From Candidatus Latescibacterota bacterium (GTDB lineage Bacteria; Latescibacterota; UBA2968), in contig OZ242195.1 of assembly GCA_965205975.1 (NCBI GenBank), positions 256,001-320,000 on the forward strand: a stretch of 64,000 bases of DNA. The letters run 5' to 3'. Positions 19,810 through 29,918 of this stretch are shown in pieces (within the stretch, counting starts at the first letter, position 1; every line of letters starts with the position of its first letter). The notes under the pieces are model-generated. The model saw only the letters and a program-made list of their open reading frames with translations. It was not told the DNA's origin and ran no database searches. The translations under genes and the position numbers were made by a program.

Positions 19810-20399
19810 CGGCAACACTATATATTGAAGGTGGTGGAGAAGGTAGAGAACTCGGTGCGCGTTTCCGCGAGGGTTGGAATGAATTTTTCGAATCCGCTGG
19901 TGTTGGTAGCAGGACCAAGATTGTACGAGGAGGCACACGGCGACAGACCTTTGACCGATTTGCCACAGCCGTTGAGGTAGGTCGTCCCGATACGGTTCCA
20001 ATCTTGCTTGTCGATAGCGAGGCTCCTGTTGCAGCGAGAAATTCAGTGTGGCAGCATTTGCACACCCGCGATGGTTGGGCTCAGCCTTCCGATGCTGGCG
20101 TCGATCAAGCATTTCTGATGGTTCAAATTATGGAGACCTGGTTCTTAGCCGATCGGGTTGCGTTGCGAGAGTACTTTGGCGCGGGGTTTAGACAGAACGC
20201 ATTCAAGCAATGGTCCAACTTAGAGGGTCTGCCCAAATCAACAGTCGATAATGTACTTAGACGAGCCACCGCCTCCTGCTCCAAACGCTATTCCAAGGGC
20301 AAGGTCTCATTTGAGTTGCTGGCGCAAATTGACCCTACTCTTGTCGAAAATGAATGCCCGCATGCTAAAGCACTTCTGGATCGGTTGAGGAATTTGTGA
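19803..20399 (+). CDS. DUF4276-like (TOPRIM-like) protein
   Basis: YIEGGG, LLVDSE, QIMETWFLAD motifs; overlaps the ATPase stop codon. Confidence 0.8.
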   Translation: MVTATLYIEGGGEGRELGARFREGWNEFFESAGVGSRTKIVRGGTRRQTFDRFATAVEVGRPDTVPILLVDSEAPVAARNSVWQHLHTRDGWAQPSDAGVDQAFLMVQIMETWFLADRVALREYFGAGFRQNAFKQWSNLEGLPKSTVDNVLRRATASCSKRYSKGKVSFELLAQIDPTLVENECPHAKALLDRLRNL

Positions 20400-20609
20400 T
20401 GAACTGGCGACATAGATGTCCCTATAGTTTCTCGGCAATGCCAGCAGTTTAAGACCATAATTTTAGTTGATTTTTGCCAACCAAACCCTAACCGGCTTTT
20501 GCCGGTCTTTTCTTTTTGCGCTCTATTGTTTTCTTGACTTCTATTTGCAAGTGATTCATGTATGCTCTGTCGTGTTTTTTCGGGGTTCGAGATTTTGAAG
20601 GAGTTTGCT

Positions 20610-21560
20610 ATGACCATTCAGGAGCAGTTGCACTACGAGCAGGTGAATGATGAGTCGCTGAGTTTTTTCAAAGCGATTGGTGTTGACTATCTGACGATTA
20701 ATCCGTCGATGGATATGCGCGATGGCAAAGACCGCCGCGCGTACTGGGAAGAGGTGCGAGATAGAGCCGCCGATCACGGCCTGGTTTTGCGGAATGCCGC
20801 CAGTTATGGTTGGGATGAGTTTACTCTGGGTCTGGAAGATCGAGATGAAAAAATAGATGCCTGGTGTATGTTTATCCGCAATTTGGGAGAAGCGGGCATA
20901 CCTACTTTGGGATACAATTTTAAGCCAATTGGCAATTTTCGCACAGAGTCGGCGACGGGTCGCGGTGGCGTCAAATACAGCACGTTTGATTACGACGAAT
21001 GGGCGCGCGAGCGCGTGTATGTTCCCGACAAAGTAATTTCAGAAGCTGGCATGTGGGAAAATATCGAATACTTTTTGAAGCGCGTGATACCCGTGGCCGA
21101 AGAATACGGTGTGAGGATGGCATTGCATCCGGATGATCCGCCCATTCCCGAACCGATGGGCGGGGCTGCTCGTATTGTATCGACGTTGGAGCAATATCAC
21201 CGCATCTTTGACCTTGCTCCCAGCCCGTGCAATGCCATGCTATTTTGTCAGGGCTGCGTGGCTGAAATGGGCGAAGATGTTTGCGAAGCGATACGCGATA
21301 TTGGCGGTCGGGACAAAATTGTGTACGTGCATTTTCGAGATATTCAGGGTTCGCCGAGAAGTTTTCGAGAGGTGTTTATCGATGAGGGACAAAACGATAT
21401 GCACAAGGCGATGCAAACCTATAAGGATGTGGGGTTTAATGGCCCGTTTATGATGGATCATACCCCCAGGTTCTGGCAATCGGGTACTGAGTGGGCTGGG
21501 CGCGCGTTTGCCGTGGGGTACATGCGTGCGTTGATTCAGGCGGTTTATCAGGAAAGGTGA
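20610..21560 (+). CDS. Mannonate dehydratase (UxuA-like)
   Basis: FLKRVIPVAEEYGVRMALHPDDPP, VHFRD, FIDEG, DHTP, AFAVGY. Confidence 0.88.
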   Translation: MTIQEQLHYEQVNDESLSFFKAIGVDYLTINPSMDMRDGKDRRAYWEEVRDRAADHGLVLRNAASYGWDEFTLGLEDRDEKIDAWCMFIRNLGEAGIPTLGYNFKPIGNFRTESATGRGGVKYSTFDYDEWARERVYVPDKVISEAGMWENIEYFLKRVIPVAEEYGVRMALHPDDPPIPEPMGGAARIVSTLEQYHRIFDLAPSPCNAMLFCQGCVAEMGEDVCEAIRDIGGRDKIVYVHFRDIQGSPRSFREVFIDEGQNDMHKAMQTYKDVGFNGPFMMDHTPRFWQSGTEWAGRAFAVGYMRALIQAVYQER

Positions 21561-21572
21561 AAGGAGAGCAAT

Positions 21573-22562
21573 ATGGGTAAGAAGCCAGCGAGTTCTCAGA
21601 AGGTCGTCAAGGTTGCCATGATCGGTGCGGGGGGGCGGTCGCGCAGTGTACACTATCCCTCGCTGAACGATATGGACGATGTCAAAATGGTGGCCGTGTG
21701 TGAGTTGAATGAAGTGCGTATGATCGAGGTGGCGGGGGAATACGATATTCCAGCGCGATACACCAATTATGTGACGATGATAGAACGGGAAAAACCCGAT
21801 GTGGTTTATGCGATTATGCCACCGCATCACATATACGATCTGGCAGCAAATATTATGGAGATGGGCGTTAACATCATCATTGAAAAACCACCTTCAGTAA
21901 CGACTGAACAGGCCAAACAGATGGCGTTGTTGGCGAAAAAGAACAATGTGATTACGGGCGTGACATTCCAGAGGCGGTTTGCGCCAGTGATCCGCACGGG
22001 AAAAGAAATATGTGAAAAAAATGGGCCGGTGCACAGTGCGGCGTCGTATTTTTATAAAAACGAAGTGGGCGGGCGACCCATTTACAAGGGCGCGATGGAA
22101 AAACTGACCTGCGATGGTATTCACGCGGTGGATACGCTGCGATATTTGTGTGGTGGAGAGGTAGAAGCCGTGGCGAGCGATGTGCGGCGATTGGACGCTA
22201 CGTTTAGAAATATGCACACTGCGCTGGTGAAGTTTTCGTCTGGCGCGACAGGTGTGCTACAAAATTGTTACATGATGGGACGTCGGATGTTCACGGTGGA
22301 GGTGCATTCGACGGGTATTTCGATGTTTGGCGATCCCGAAGAGGGCGGGCAGGTATTTGCCGATGGCAAAGTCGAACCCGTGCGCACGCTCGATCCCTGG
22401 ACGCTGAGCGAAAGCGAGAAGCCACATGTCGCTTTTGGAGCTTATGCCATTAATCGCCATTTTATCGATTGCGTAAAAACGGGGCAACAACCCGAAACAA
22501 ATTTTGAAGATGCGGCAAAATCTATGGAATTGGTCGATGCGATTTACGATTCGCAAATCTGA
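21573..22562 (+). CDS. Gfo/Idh/MocA family oxidoreductase
   Basis: IGAGG, EKP, FQRRFAP, IHAVD. Confidence 0.9.
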   Translation: MGKKPASSQKVVKVAMIGAGGRSRSVHYPSLNDMDDVKMVAVCELNEVRMIEVAGEYDIPARYTNYVTMIEREKPDVVYAIMPPHHIYDLAANIMEMGVNIIIEKPPSVTTEQAKQMALLAKKNNVITGVTFQRRFAPVIRTGKEICEKNGPVHSAASYFYKNEVGGRPIYKGAMEKLTCDGIHAVDTLRYLCGGEVEAVASDVRRLDATFRNMHTALVKFSSGATGVLQNCYMMGRRMFTVEVHSTGISMFGDPEEGGQVFADGKVEPVRTLDPWTLSESEKPHVAFGAYAINRHFIDCVKTGQQPETNFEDAAKSMELVDAIYDSQI

Positions 22563-22648
22563 AAATCATCCACAGATGGACGCAGATGAAAGGCAGGAGG
22601 TAAAGAGGGACTGGGGATTGGGCGAGGTGGACTGACCACTGACTACTC

Positions 22649-23248
22649 TTACAACAAATGTCCATTTCCACGCGTTCGGCGTTTTACTTCGCGCAGAGTG
22701 ACGAGTGACTTTTCGAGTGCATTGGACACGGTTTCGAGGCGTTTGTTGGGTGAGGTATTTTCCAGAAGTTCTTGTTGTTCGTCGAGGGATAAGGTGAGAT
22801 TCGCTGCGAGGATGTATGAGAGTGTACCCAGTTCCATGGCGGGTATTGGGGGCGATATCCAGCCCGATGAGAGCTTCAGGGCTTCGGTATAGAGTTTTTT
22901 GGCGCGGTTCCCCAAAGCGATGTCAAAGGCTTCGTCATCGTCTTCTACGTCTTCCACAAAGCCCGATATATACGGATGGATATCGTATTGCTGAATGACG
23001 CGAAAGCGTCGCGTTCCTTCAATCATGATGTTCATTCGGCCGTCTGGAAAACGATTGAGCAGGCCGACAACACGCGCCGCGCATCCGATGTCGCTAAAAT
23101 CATCGTCCGTACCCCATACAAGACCAAATTCGGTATCGTTGTCGAGACACTCACCGATCATTTGCTTGTATCGCTCTTCGAAGATGTGCAAGGGTACACG
23201 CCGGTGTGGTAGCAGCACCAGATCAAGGGGAAAGAGGGGCAGTTCCAT
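22649..23248 (-). CDS. LON peptidase substrate-binding domain protein
   Basis: LPLFPL...PLHIFEERYKQM, DGRMNI..EGTRRFR. Confidence 0.9.
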   Translation of the reverse strand: MELPLFPLDLVLLPHRRVPLHIFEERYKQMIGECLDNDTEFGLVWGTDDDFSDIGCAARVVGLLNRFPDGRMNIMIEGTRRFRVIQQYDIHPYISGFVEDVEDDDEAFDIALGNRAKKLYTEALKLSSGWISPPIPAMELGTLSYILAANLTLSLDEQQELLENTSPNKRLETVSNALEKSLVTLREVKRRTRGNGHLL

Positions 23249-23253
23249 TGGGG

Positions 23254-24153
23254 TCAGGAGGCGAGTTTTTGATCGCTGTTTAAGAGAATATCGAGCAGTT
23301 TTTGGGTGGCGATTGACAAACTGCGTCCTTTCCGAAAGAGGATGCCCAATGGACGCTCAAAATCACGATCTACAAAGTGAAGATATGTAAGGGTTTTGCG
23401 AGCGAGTTCTTGCTCAATGGAATTGAGTGGCAAAATCGAGATGCCAATATCGACTTCTACGGCGTGTTTGATAGGGGCTATGTGGTCGAGTTCCATGACG
23501 ATATTGGGACGTATTTTGTATTTTTTTAAGAACTGATCAATGGCACGCCGAGTTGGGGTTTCGGGGGTGAAGAGGACCAGCGGAAATTTGTTGAGTTCTT
23601 GTGGCAAGAATGCGTTGCGAGAGGCCAGGTCGTGATCGGGATGCATGGCCACGACCATCTTGTCCTGTGAAAAGGGCATCACATCTACATTGCGCTGGGT
23701 GCGGGGATATGGCACAATGCCCAAATCGACTTCGCCATTGGCAACATCGTCATAAATTTTATTTACCTGATCGTATTGGAGACGGAAATTAACCCGGGGA
23801 TAGGCTTTGAGGTAGGTTTTGAGAAAGGGCGTGAGTTCGAGCATCCCCACGCTGTAAATAGATGCCAGACGAACAGTTCCCGAAACCACCCCTCCCAGAG
23901 CCTGGATGCGGTGTTCCATTTCTTCGTAGCGCCGGACAATGTCTCGGGCATAGGTGTAAAAAATTTCGCCTTCTGCAGTGAGTGACAGACGTCTTTTTTC
24001 AACGCGTTCGATGAGTTGTTTTCCCTGGCGTTTTTCAATGCTTTTGAGTTGCTGGCTTACCGCGGATTGGGTAACGGAATTAAGGACAGCTGTTTTGGAA
24101 AAACTCTGCGTTTCAATCAGGTCACAGAAGACTTTCAGACTTGTAATCAGCAA
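23254..24153 (-). CDS. LysR family transcriptional regulator
   Basis: SFSKTA...TQSAVSQQLKSIE HTH; LysR substrate-binding domain. Confidence 0.93.
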   Translation of the reverse strand: MLITSLKVFCDLIETQSFSKTAVLNSVTQSAVSQQLKSIEKRQGKQLIERVEKRRLSLTAEGEIFYTYARDIVRRYEEMEHRIQALGGVVSGTVRLASIYSVGMLELTPFLKTYLKAYPRVNFRLQYDQVNKIYDDVANGEVDLGIVPYPRTQRNVDVMPFSQDKMVVAMHPDHDLASRNAFLPQELNKFPLVLFTPETPTRRAIDQFLKKYKIRPNIVMELDHIAPIKHAVEVDIGISILPLNSIEQELARKTLTYLHFVDRDFERPLGILFRKGRSLSIATQKLLDILLNSDQKLAS

Positions 24154-24418
24154 GGGGCTTTCTCCGCTGTTAAAATTATAAGAGGATATGAAATTGCGAG
24201 AGGGTGTAAATTAGGGCGGCAAATCTATAAGAAAATTGAAACTATGTCAATAGAAAAACTGGATTTGAAAAATATTGCTCATTTTGAACAGCGTATAAAA
24301 AAATCGAAGTGCGATTTTGGTAAGGCCGATTGCCAAAACGCCAATTTTGGATTTGCTCTTGTAAAAAACTCCCGAACATCTTATACTTCAATTTGTTATC
24401 GCTATATGGAGATCACTT

Positions 24419-25288
24419 ATGAACTGGTTTAACAAGCTCAAATCTGGCATTCGGACGCTTGCGCGAAAGCGTATGCCCGAAAATATTTGGGTTAAGTGCG
24501 AGCGATGTGAGCAAATAGTTTACCGAAAGAAACTCGAGCAAAATACAGGTATTTGTCCGCATTGCAAACACCACTTTCGCATATCCAGTGCCGAGTATAT
24601 TGCCGCTGTGCTCGATGAAGGTTCGTTTAAAGAAATAGGTCAGGAGGTCAAATCGACCGATCCGCTCGCATTTGTCGATCTACAGCCTTATCCCGATCGG
24701 ATCAAGGAATATCGCAAACGTACCAATATGGATGCCGCTGTACTGGCAGGTGTGGGGACGGTCAATGATGCGCCTGTGGGTATTGCCGTGCATGAATTTG
24801 GTTTTATGGGGGGGTCGCTCGGTTCGGCTGAAGGCGAGCGAATTTGTCGGGTGATTGATCGATGCATGCGCGATCAATTGCCGCTGATTATTGTGTGTCG
24901 GTCCGGTGGTGCGCGCATGCAAGAGAGCATTTTTTCGCTGATGCAAATGGCGAAAGTCAATGCCAGGTTATCCCAATTTGCAGATGCGGGACTGCTGTTT
25001 ATTTCTGTTCTTATAGATCCCACAACAGCCGGTGTGAACGCCAGTTATGCGTCAATTGGCGATATCAATATCGCCGAGCCAAATGCGCTGATCGGATTTA
25101 CGGGGTCGCGTATTACAGGGTCTTCTGTGAGTGCCTCCGAGATGGAAGCGCTGCGGCAGGCACAGCGCGCGGAGCAAGTGCTCGAACACGGTTTTGTCGA
25201 TATGATTGTTTCTCGAGATAAAATGAGAGCTACTCTGTCTCAGTTGATTGAGATGTTGAGTAAAAATCCCCCCGAGGTTACTTCATGA
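24419..25288 (+). CDS. accD: Acetyl-CoA carboxylase carboxyltransferase beta subunit
   Basis: WVKCERC...CPHC zinc finger, FMGGSLG, SGGARMQE, AEPNALIGF, EHGFVD. Confidence 0.93.
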   Translation: MNWFNKLKSGIRTLARKRMPENIWVKCERCEQIVYRKKLEQNTGICPHCKHHFRISSAEYIAAVLDEGSFKEIGQEVKSTDPLAFVDLQPYPDRIKEYRKRTNMDAAVLAGVGTVNDAPVGIAVHEFGFMGGSLGSAEGERICRVIDRCMRDQLPLIIVCRSGGARMQESIFSLMQMAKVNARLSQFADAGLLFISVLIDPTTAGVNASYASIGDINIAEPNALIGFTGSRITGSSVSASEMEALRQAQRAEQVLEHGFVDMIVSRDKMRATLSQLIEMLSKNPPEVTS

Positions 25289-25734
25289 AGATTCTCGTTT
25301 TACAAGGTCCCAATATTAACATGCTGGGACGGCGCAAAGCAGAGCATTACGGTACTGTGACAATGGACGAGGTTCACGCACGTCTCGAACAAAAGGCGGA
25401 TGAACTGGATTGCGAGATTGCGTTTTTTCATTCGAATTACGAGGGGGCTCTCGTTGAAAAAGTGCAGGAGATGCGCGATTCTGTAAATGGTATTCTTATA
25501 AATCCCGCGGGACTAACTACGACGAGTGTATCGTTGCGAGACGCGCTTGAAGACGCGGGTTTACCACTGGTTGAAATTCATTTGTCCAATATCCACGCGC
25601 GAGAAACCTGGCGGCGACATTCTCTGTTTTCTGAAATTGCCGTGGGTATTATTGCTGGATTCAGGTGGCGCGGCTATGTGTCGGCGCTTGAGATGCTGGT
25701 TGGTATGCTGAGAGAAGTAAGAAGTGAGAAGTAA
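25285..25734 (+). CDS. aroQ: Type II 3-dehydroquinate dehydratase
   Basis: GPNINMLGRR...YG, INPAG, EIHLSNIHARE. Confidence 0.95.
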   Translation: MKILVLQGPNINMLGRRKAEHYGTVTMDEVHARLEQKADELDCEIAFFHSNYEGALVEKVQEMRDSVNGILINPAGLTTTSVSLRDALEDAGLPLVEIHLSNIHARETWRRHSLFSEIAVGIIAGFRWRGYVSALEMLVGMLREVRSEK

Positions 25735-25743
25735 GAAGTGAGC
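25716..25743. repeat. 4x heptamer AGTRAGA
   Basis: agtaaga agtgaga agtaaga agtgagc; reverse complement of the heptamers at 1297-1324. Confidence 0.75.
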
Positions 25744-25886
25744 ACAGGCGAAGCACCGGATTACATCACTCCAGTGCAGGCTCTACAACGCAGCGCAGCA
25801 AGTAACTCCACCCCGATCCACCCAAAAACTGGTATATCATCCTACCTCTCGATTCACCATCACTCTTCATCCGTTCCACTTCCTGT

Positions 25887-26612
25887 TTATTTGTAAAAAT
25901 CAAATGTCTCAATAAATTGGGCGATAGATTCTGGCACGAGGTCTGTGATGGGGTCTCCTGCTCGGATGCGTTTGCGTACCTCGGTAGAGGAGATGTTGCC
26001 AAAGGAGGGGGGTAGTTGAAGAGGGTGTACGCGGTTTGCAAAAGGCGCGCATTCGGGGCGTGACATAAATCTGTGAAAGACCTTTTGTGAAGGATTTTCG
26101 CGATTGGCAGATACAATATGGCAAAGTGAAAATAGTACTTTGAGTTCGGCGACCATGTCGGTGTAATAGTGCGGATCAAAGATGCGTATCAGGGTGTCGT
26201 GGCCAACGAGAAAGTAGATTTGGGTATCGGGTAAAAAATGTGCTCTGAGTGCGTGTGCTTTGTCGATAAAGCGGGCATGGCTGCATGCTGCAATTGACAG
26301 GCAGGTGCCCAGTTGGGTATCAGAATCCGCGTAATTGACCATCATGGCGAGGCGTTGGCCCAGGTCTGCACCAAAGAGGGCTTTATCGACATTGGTTTTG
26401 GCGAGGAGGAGGACGATTTCGTCAAAGTTAAAAGCATTTTGTGCCTGGTGTACAAGTGCTTCGTGGGCGAGGGTGAGCGGGTTGAAGGATGCGTCGAGTA
26501 CCCCGATATGTTTTGGTTGTGGTGGTGCGGATCGATGTACAAATTGCACCACTGGGGAATATTGGGGGTCGAGGCTATCCATGAGGATGCGGTAGTTTTC
26601 AAAGGTGTTCAT
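25887..26612 (-). CDS. Nicotinate/nicotinamide-nucleotide adenylyltransferase family (NadD-like)
   Basis: SFNPLTLAH (HIGH-like), FLVGHD, ISSTEVR. Confidence 0.85.
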   Translation of the reverse strand: MNTFENYRILMDSLDPQYSPVVQFVHRSAPPQPKHIGVLDASFNPLTLAHEALVHQAQNAFNFDEIVLLLAKTNVDKALFGADLGQRLAMMVNYADSDTQLGTCLSIAACSHARFIDKAHALRAHFLPDTQIYFLVGHDTLIRIFDPHYYTDMVAELKVLFSLCHIVSANRENPSQKVFHRFMSRPECAPFANRVHPLQLPPSFGNISSTEVRKRIRAGDPITDLVPESIAQFIETFDFYK

Positions 26613-26706
26613 GATGAGGGAAATTTATGTTAGGGACAGGTGTGGGGCAAGGAGAAATAACGATTAGTTCAGATAACCTACCGCCGAAGTGTATGAGGGT
26701 ATCAAA

Positions 26707-27459
26707 ATGATTTACCGATTGTTTTTAGTGGTGCTTGTCATCCTGTTTACCAATCCCGTTGTATCGTTGGCATCTGAGCAGGATGTGGAATCGATTGTAA
26801 AAAAAATTGACGCGCTCTACCGCAGCAAAACCAGTGTGGCGGATATGGAGATGCAGATTGTTACGCCGCATTGGGAACGCACGCTGTCGATGCGGGTGTG
26901 GACAAAGGGGATGGATAAGACTTTCATCCGCATTGACGCGCCCAAAAAGGAAAAGGGTGTTACAACGCTGCGCATCGGCAACGAGATGTGGAACTATCTT
27001 CCAAAGACCAACAAGGTGATAAGAGTGCCACCCTCGATGATGATGGGGTCGTGGATGGGGTCGGATTTTACGAATGATGACCTTGTCAAAGAGTCGTCAA
27101 TGCTCAACGATTATAGCTACGATCTGATTGTGCCGGATGACGCGCAACCGGGTTATCTTTACATCCGGTTCATTCCGAAAGAAGATTCTCCAATTGTTTG
27201 GGGCAAGCTCATTACGGCTGTGCGGGCAGATGATCTGATTCCGGTGTGGCAACATTTCTACGATGAGAAGGGCAATTTGATGCGGGTCTTGAATTTCAAA
27301 GAGATCGCGTCGTTCGGCGGTAAGACGATTCCAACTTTGATGGAGATGGTGCCGCAGAATAAGGACAGACATAAAACTGTTATGCGTTATCTCCAGGCCG
27401 AGTTTGATGTGCAGATAGATGACGATGTATTCACGCGGCGCAATCTTCAGAGAAAGTGA
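26707..27459 (+). CDS. Outer-membrane lipoprotein-sorting (LolA-like) periplasmic protein
   Basis: Signal peptide, MWNYLP, SWMGSDFTNDD, FTRRNL. Confidence 0.85.
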   Translation: MIYRLFLVVLVILFTNPVVSLASEQDVESIVKKIDALYRSKTSVADMEMQIVTPHWERTLSMRVWTKGMDKTFIRIDAPKKEKGVTTLRIGNEMWNYLPKTNKVIRVPPSMMMGSWMGSDFTNDDLVKESSMLNDYSYDLIVPDDAQPGYLYIRFIPKEDSPIVWGKLITAVRADDLIPVWQHFYDEKGNLMRVLNFKEIASFGGKTIPTLMEMVPQNKDRHKTVMRYLQAEFDVQIDDDVFTRRNLQRK

Positions 27460-28670
27460 CGATGCTCAAAATAGCATTTCGCAATATCTTTCGCCAGAGG
27501 CGGCGCACTGTGTTGACTGCGCTTGCAATGATTGTGGGATTCACGCTTTCGTCGGTTTTTATCGGCTGGTCAGACGGCGCGTATTCGGATATTATTTCAA
27601 TGTTCACGCGGAATCGCATCGGGCATATTCAGGTGCATCGCGCGGGCTATCTCGACAAGCCATCGCTTTACGATGTGATCGGCGGTTATGAATCTATTGG
27701 CGAGAAGATTGCCCGCGTTGAGGGGGTTGAGGCGTGGGCGCCGCGCATCTATTCAGCGGGGCTTGGTTCGGTGGGCGATAAGACGATGGGTGTACAAATC
27801 ATCGGCGTAGATGTGGAGCGCGAGGTGAAAGCCACGCGGTTTGATCGGAAGATCACCAGTGGGGCGATGTTTTCAGACGCCGCGCGCGAAGCGATTCTCG
27901 GCGTTGGGTTGGCGCGCATTCTGAAGGCGGATGTTGGCCGCGAAATTGTGCTCGTCACACAGGGCACGGATGGTGCTATTGCCAATGATTTGTACACGAT
28001 TATCGGCATTGCAGAAAGCGGCGACAAAGCGACTGATCGGATGGCGTGCTATCTCCATATCGATGACGCGCAGGACTTGCTCGTGCTCGACGGGCGCGTT
28101 CATGAAATCGCCGTGATCGCCGAAGCGCTGGATCGCGTCCTCAAAATCACCGCGGCGATTGAAGCACAAATCAACGACACAACGCTCGAGGTGTCGCCGT
28201 GGCAGGTCGTCGCCAAATCATTTTATCGCGCGATGCAGGCCGATAGACAGGGCGATTTTATCGGACGCATGATTATTATGCTGATTGTCGCTATTGGCGT
28301 GCTGAATACGGTGTTGATGTCGGTGCTGGAGCGCACGCGAGAGTACGGTGTATTGAAGGCGATGGGGACAAAGCCGAGCCAGATCTTCGGAGTGGTGGTG
28401 GCTGAGGTGACGTTCATCGCGCTTGGTAGCATTTTTATTGGTGCATTGTTCGGTGTGGGACTCAATTACTTGCTGTCGATCTACGGCATCTCACTGCCGC
28501 AAGAGTTTTCCTATGGCGGTATTGTGTTTCAGACGATGTACGCCGCGGTCACTGTGCGAAGTCTTGCAATTCCCGCAGTTACGGTTCTTGTCTCTGCAAT
28601 TTTTGTCAGCCTGTTTCCCGCGCTGAGAGCAGCGCGAATTGCTCCAGCCAGCGCAATGAGGACGCATTAG
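27456..28670 (+). CDS. ABC transporter permease (FtsX/LolE-like)
   Basis: AFRNIFRQRRRT, VLERTREYGVLKAMG, FPALRAAR. Confidence 0.92.
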   Translation: MTMLKIAFRNIFRQRRRTVLTALAMIVGFTLSSVFIGWSDGAYSDIISMFTRNRIGHIQVHRAGYLDKPSLYDVIGGYESIGEKIARVEGVEAWAPRIYSAGLGSVGDKTMGVQIIGVDVEREVKATRFDRKITSGAMFSDAAREAILGVGLARILKADVGREIVLVTQGTDGAIANDLYTIIGIAESGDKATDRMACYLHIDDAQDLLVLDGRVHEIAVIAEALDRVLKITAAIEAQINDTTLEVSPWQVVAKSFYRAMQADRQGDFIGRMIIMLIVAIGVLNTVLMSVLERTREYGVLKAMGTKPSQIFGVVVAEVTFIALGSIFIGALFGVGLNYLLSIYGISLPQEFSYGGIVFQTMYAAVTVRSLAIPAVTVLVSAIFVSLFPALRAARIAPASAMRTH

Positions 28671-28674
28671 GACT

Positions 28675-29904
28675 ATGTCCTGGATACTGATAAAGCTCGC
28701 GTGGAAGAATCTCTTTCGGCATAAACGCCGCTCCATTATTGCTGCTACGGCGATGGGAATTGGACTTGCGGCACTTATCTTTGCCGATGCGCTCTGGTTG
28801 GGGATGGAGCGGAATATGGTTAAAACGGCGACGGCGTCATTTCTGGGAGATGCACAGATTCATCGAGAGAGGTTTTCCGATGAGCAAGCAGTTGAGTTGA
28901 CAATTAATCAGCTCGATGCGGTGGTTGCCAATCTTCGACGGGAAGGTATCGTGGCGCACTTCACTTTGCGGACGTTTGCCTTTGGTATGATAACTTCACC
29001 TGCAACTGTCGCGGCGGTCAATCTCGTGGGCGTCGAACCATCTACTGAGCAGTATTTGTCCCAAATTGACGATGCGATTGTTGAAGGCGCGTATTTTGAG
29101 GGATTAAATCCGCGGGATATTGTCATGGGCGAGGAACTCGCGGAACGTCTCGAGGTGGGCTTAAACGATAGGGTTGTTGTGACGATGGCGCAAGCCGGGA
29201 GCGGCGATCTCTCGCAGGAGATGTTTCGCGTTTCTGGAATTTATCGTTTTGCCGATGAGGGGATGAACAGCGGCATGGCGTTTATTCGATTGGGGAAGGC
29301 GCAGCAGATGCTCGCTCTCGGCACAGGGGCGCACGAGATCGCGCTGAAGTTCATCGATTCGATATCCGCGGAGGATCAGAACCTGCTGTTTTGGAAAACT
29401 TATTCGCAAGGGGGAAACAAAGCGCGCAGTTGGACAGAGGTTTTGCCAGAGGTGCAAGCGATGTTCGAGATGTCGAAGTTCAGCAAGTACATTATGGGCT
29501 TTGTGCTGTTTGGCGTGGTTGTTTTTGGTATTGTCAATACGCTGTTTATGTCGCTTTACGAACGGATGTTTGAGTTTGGCGTGTTGCGGGCAATTGGCAC
29601 GCGTCCGTTTGGCATGGCGCGGCTGATTCTGTTTGAGGCGGGAGCATTGGCTGTTCTGGGTATTATTTTGGGTACGATTTTTGGATTTTGTGTCACTTTA
29701 ATTTTTTCAACGATTGGCATTGACTATACGGGGATCGAGATGATGGGCATCACTATGCAGGAGTTGATCTATCCGGAGGTGCGTATCCAGCCGTTCATTT
29801 TTTATTCGATCTGGATCTTTGTTTTTACAATTATCGCAGGGCTGTATCCGGCGCGGTATGCGGCAAAGATGTCTGCGGCGACGGCGATGCGAAGGAGTTT
29901 CTGA
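28675..29904 (+). CDS. ABC transporter permease (FtsX/LolE-like)
   Basis: AWKNLFRHKRRS, ERMFEFGVLRAIG, YPARYAAK. Confidence 0.92.
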   Translation: MSWILIKLAWKNLFRHKRRSIIAATAMGIGLAALIFADALWLGMERNMVKTATASFLGDAQIHRERFSDEQAVELTINQLDAVVANLRREGIVAHFTLRTFAFGMITSPATVAAVNLVGVEPSTEQYLSQIDDAIVEGAYFEGLNPRDIVMGEELAERLEVGLNDRVVVTMAQAGSGDLSQEMFRVSGIYRFADEGMNSGMAFIRLGKAQQMLALGTGAHEIALKFIDSISAEDQNLLFWKTYSQGGNKARSWTEVLPEVQAMFEMSKFSKYIMGFVLFGVVVFGIVNTLFMSLYERMFEFGVLRAIGTRPFGMARLILFEAGALAVLGIILGTIFGFCVTLIFSTIGIDYTGIEMMGITMQELIYPEVRIQPFIFYSIWIFVFTIIAGLYPARYAAKMSAATAMRRSF

Positions 29905-29918
29905 AGGGAATATTCGCG

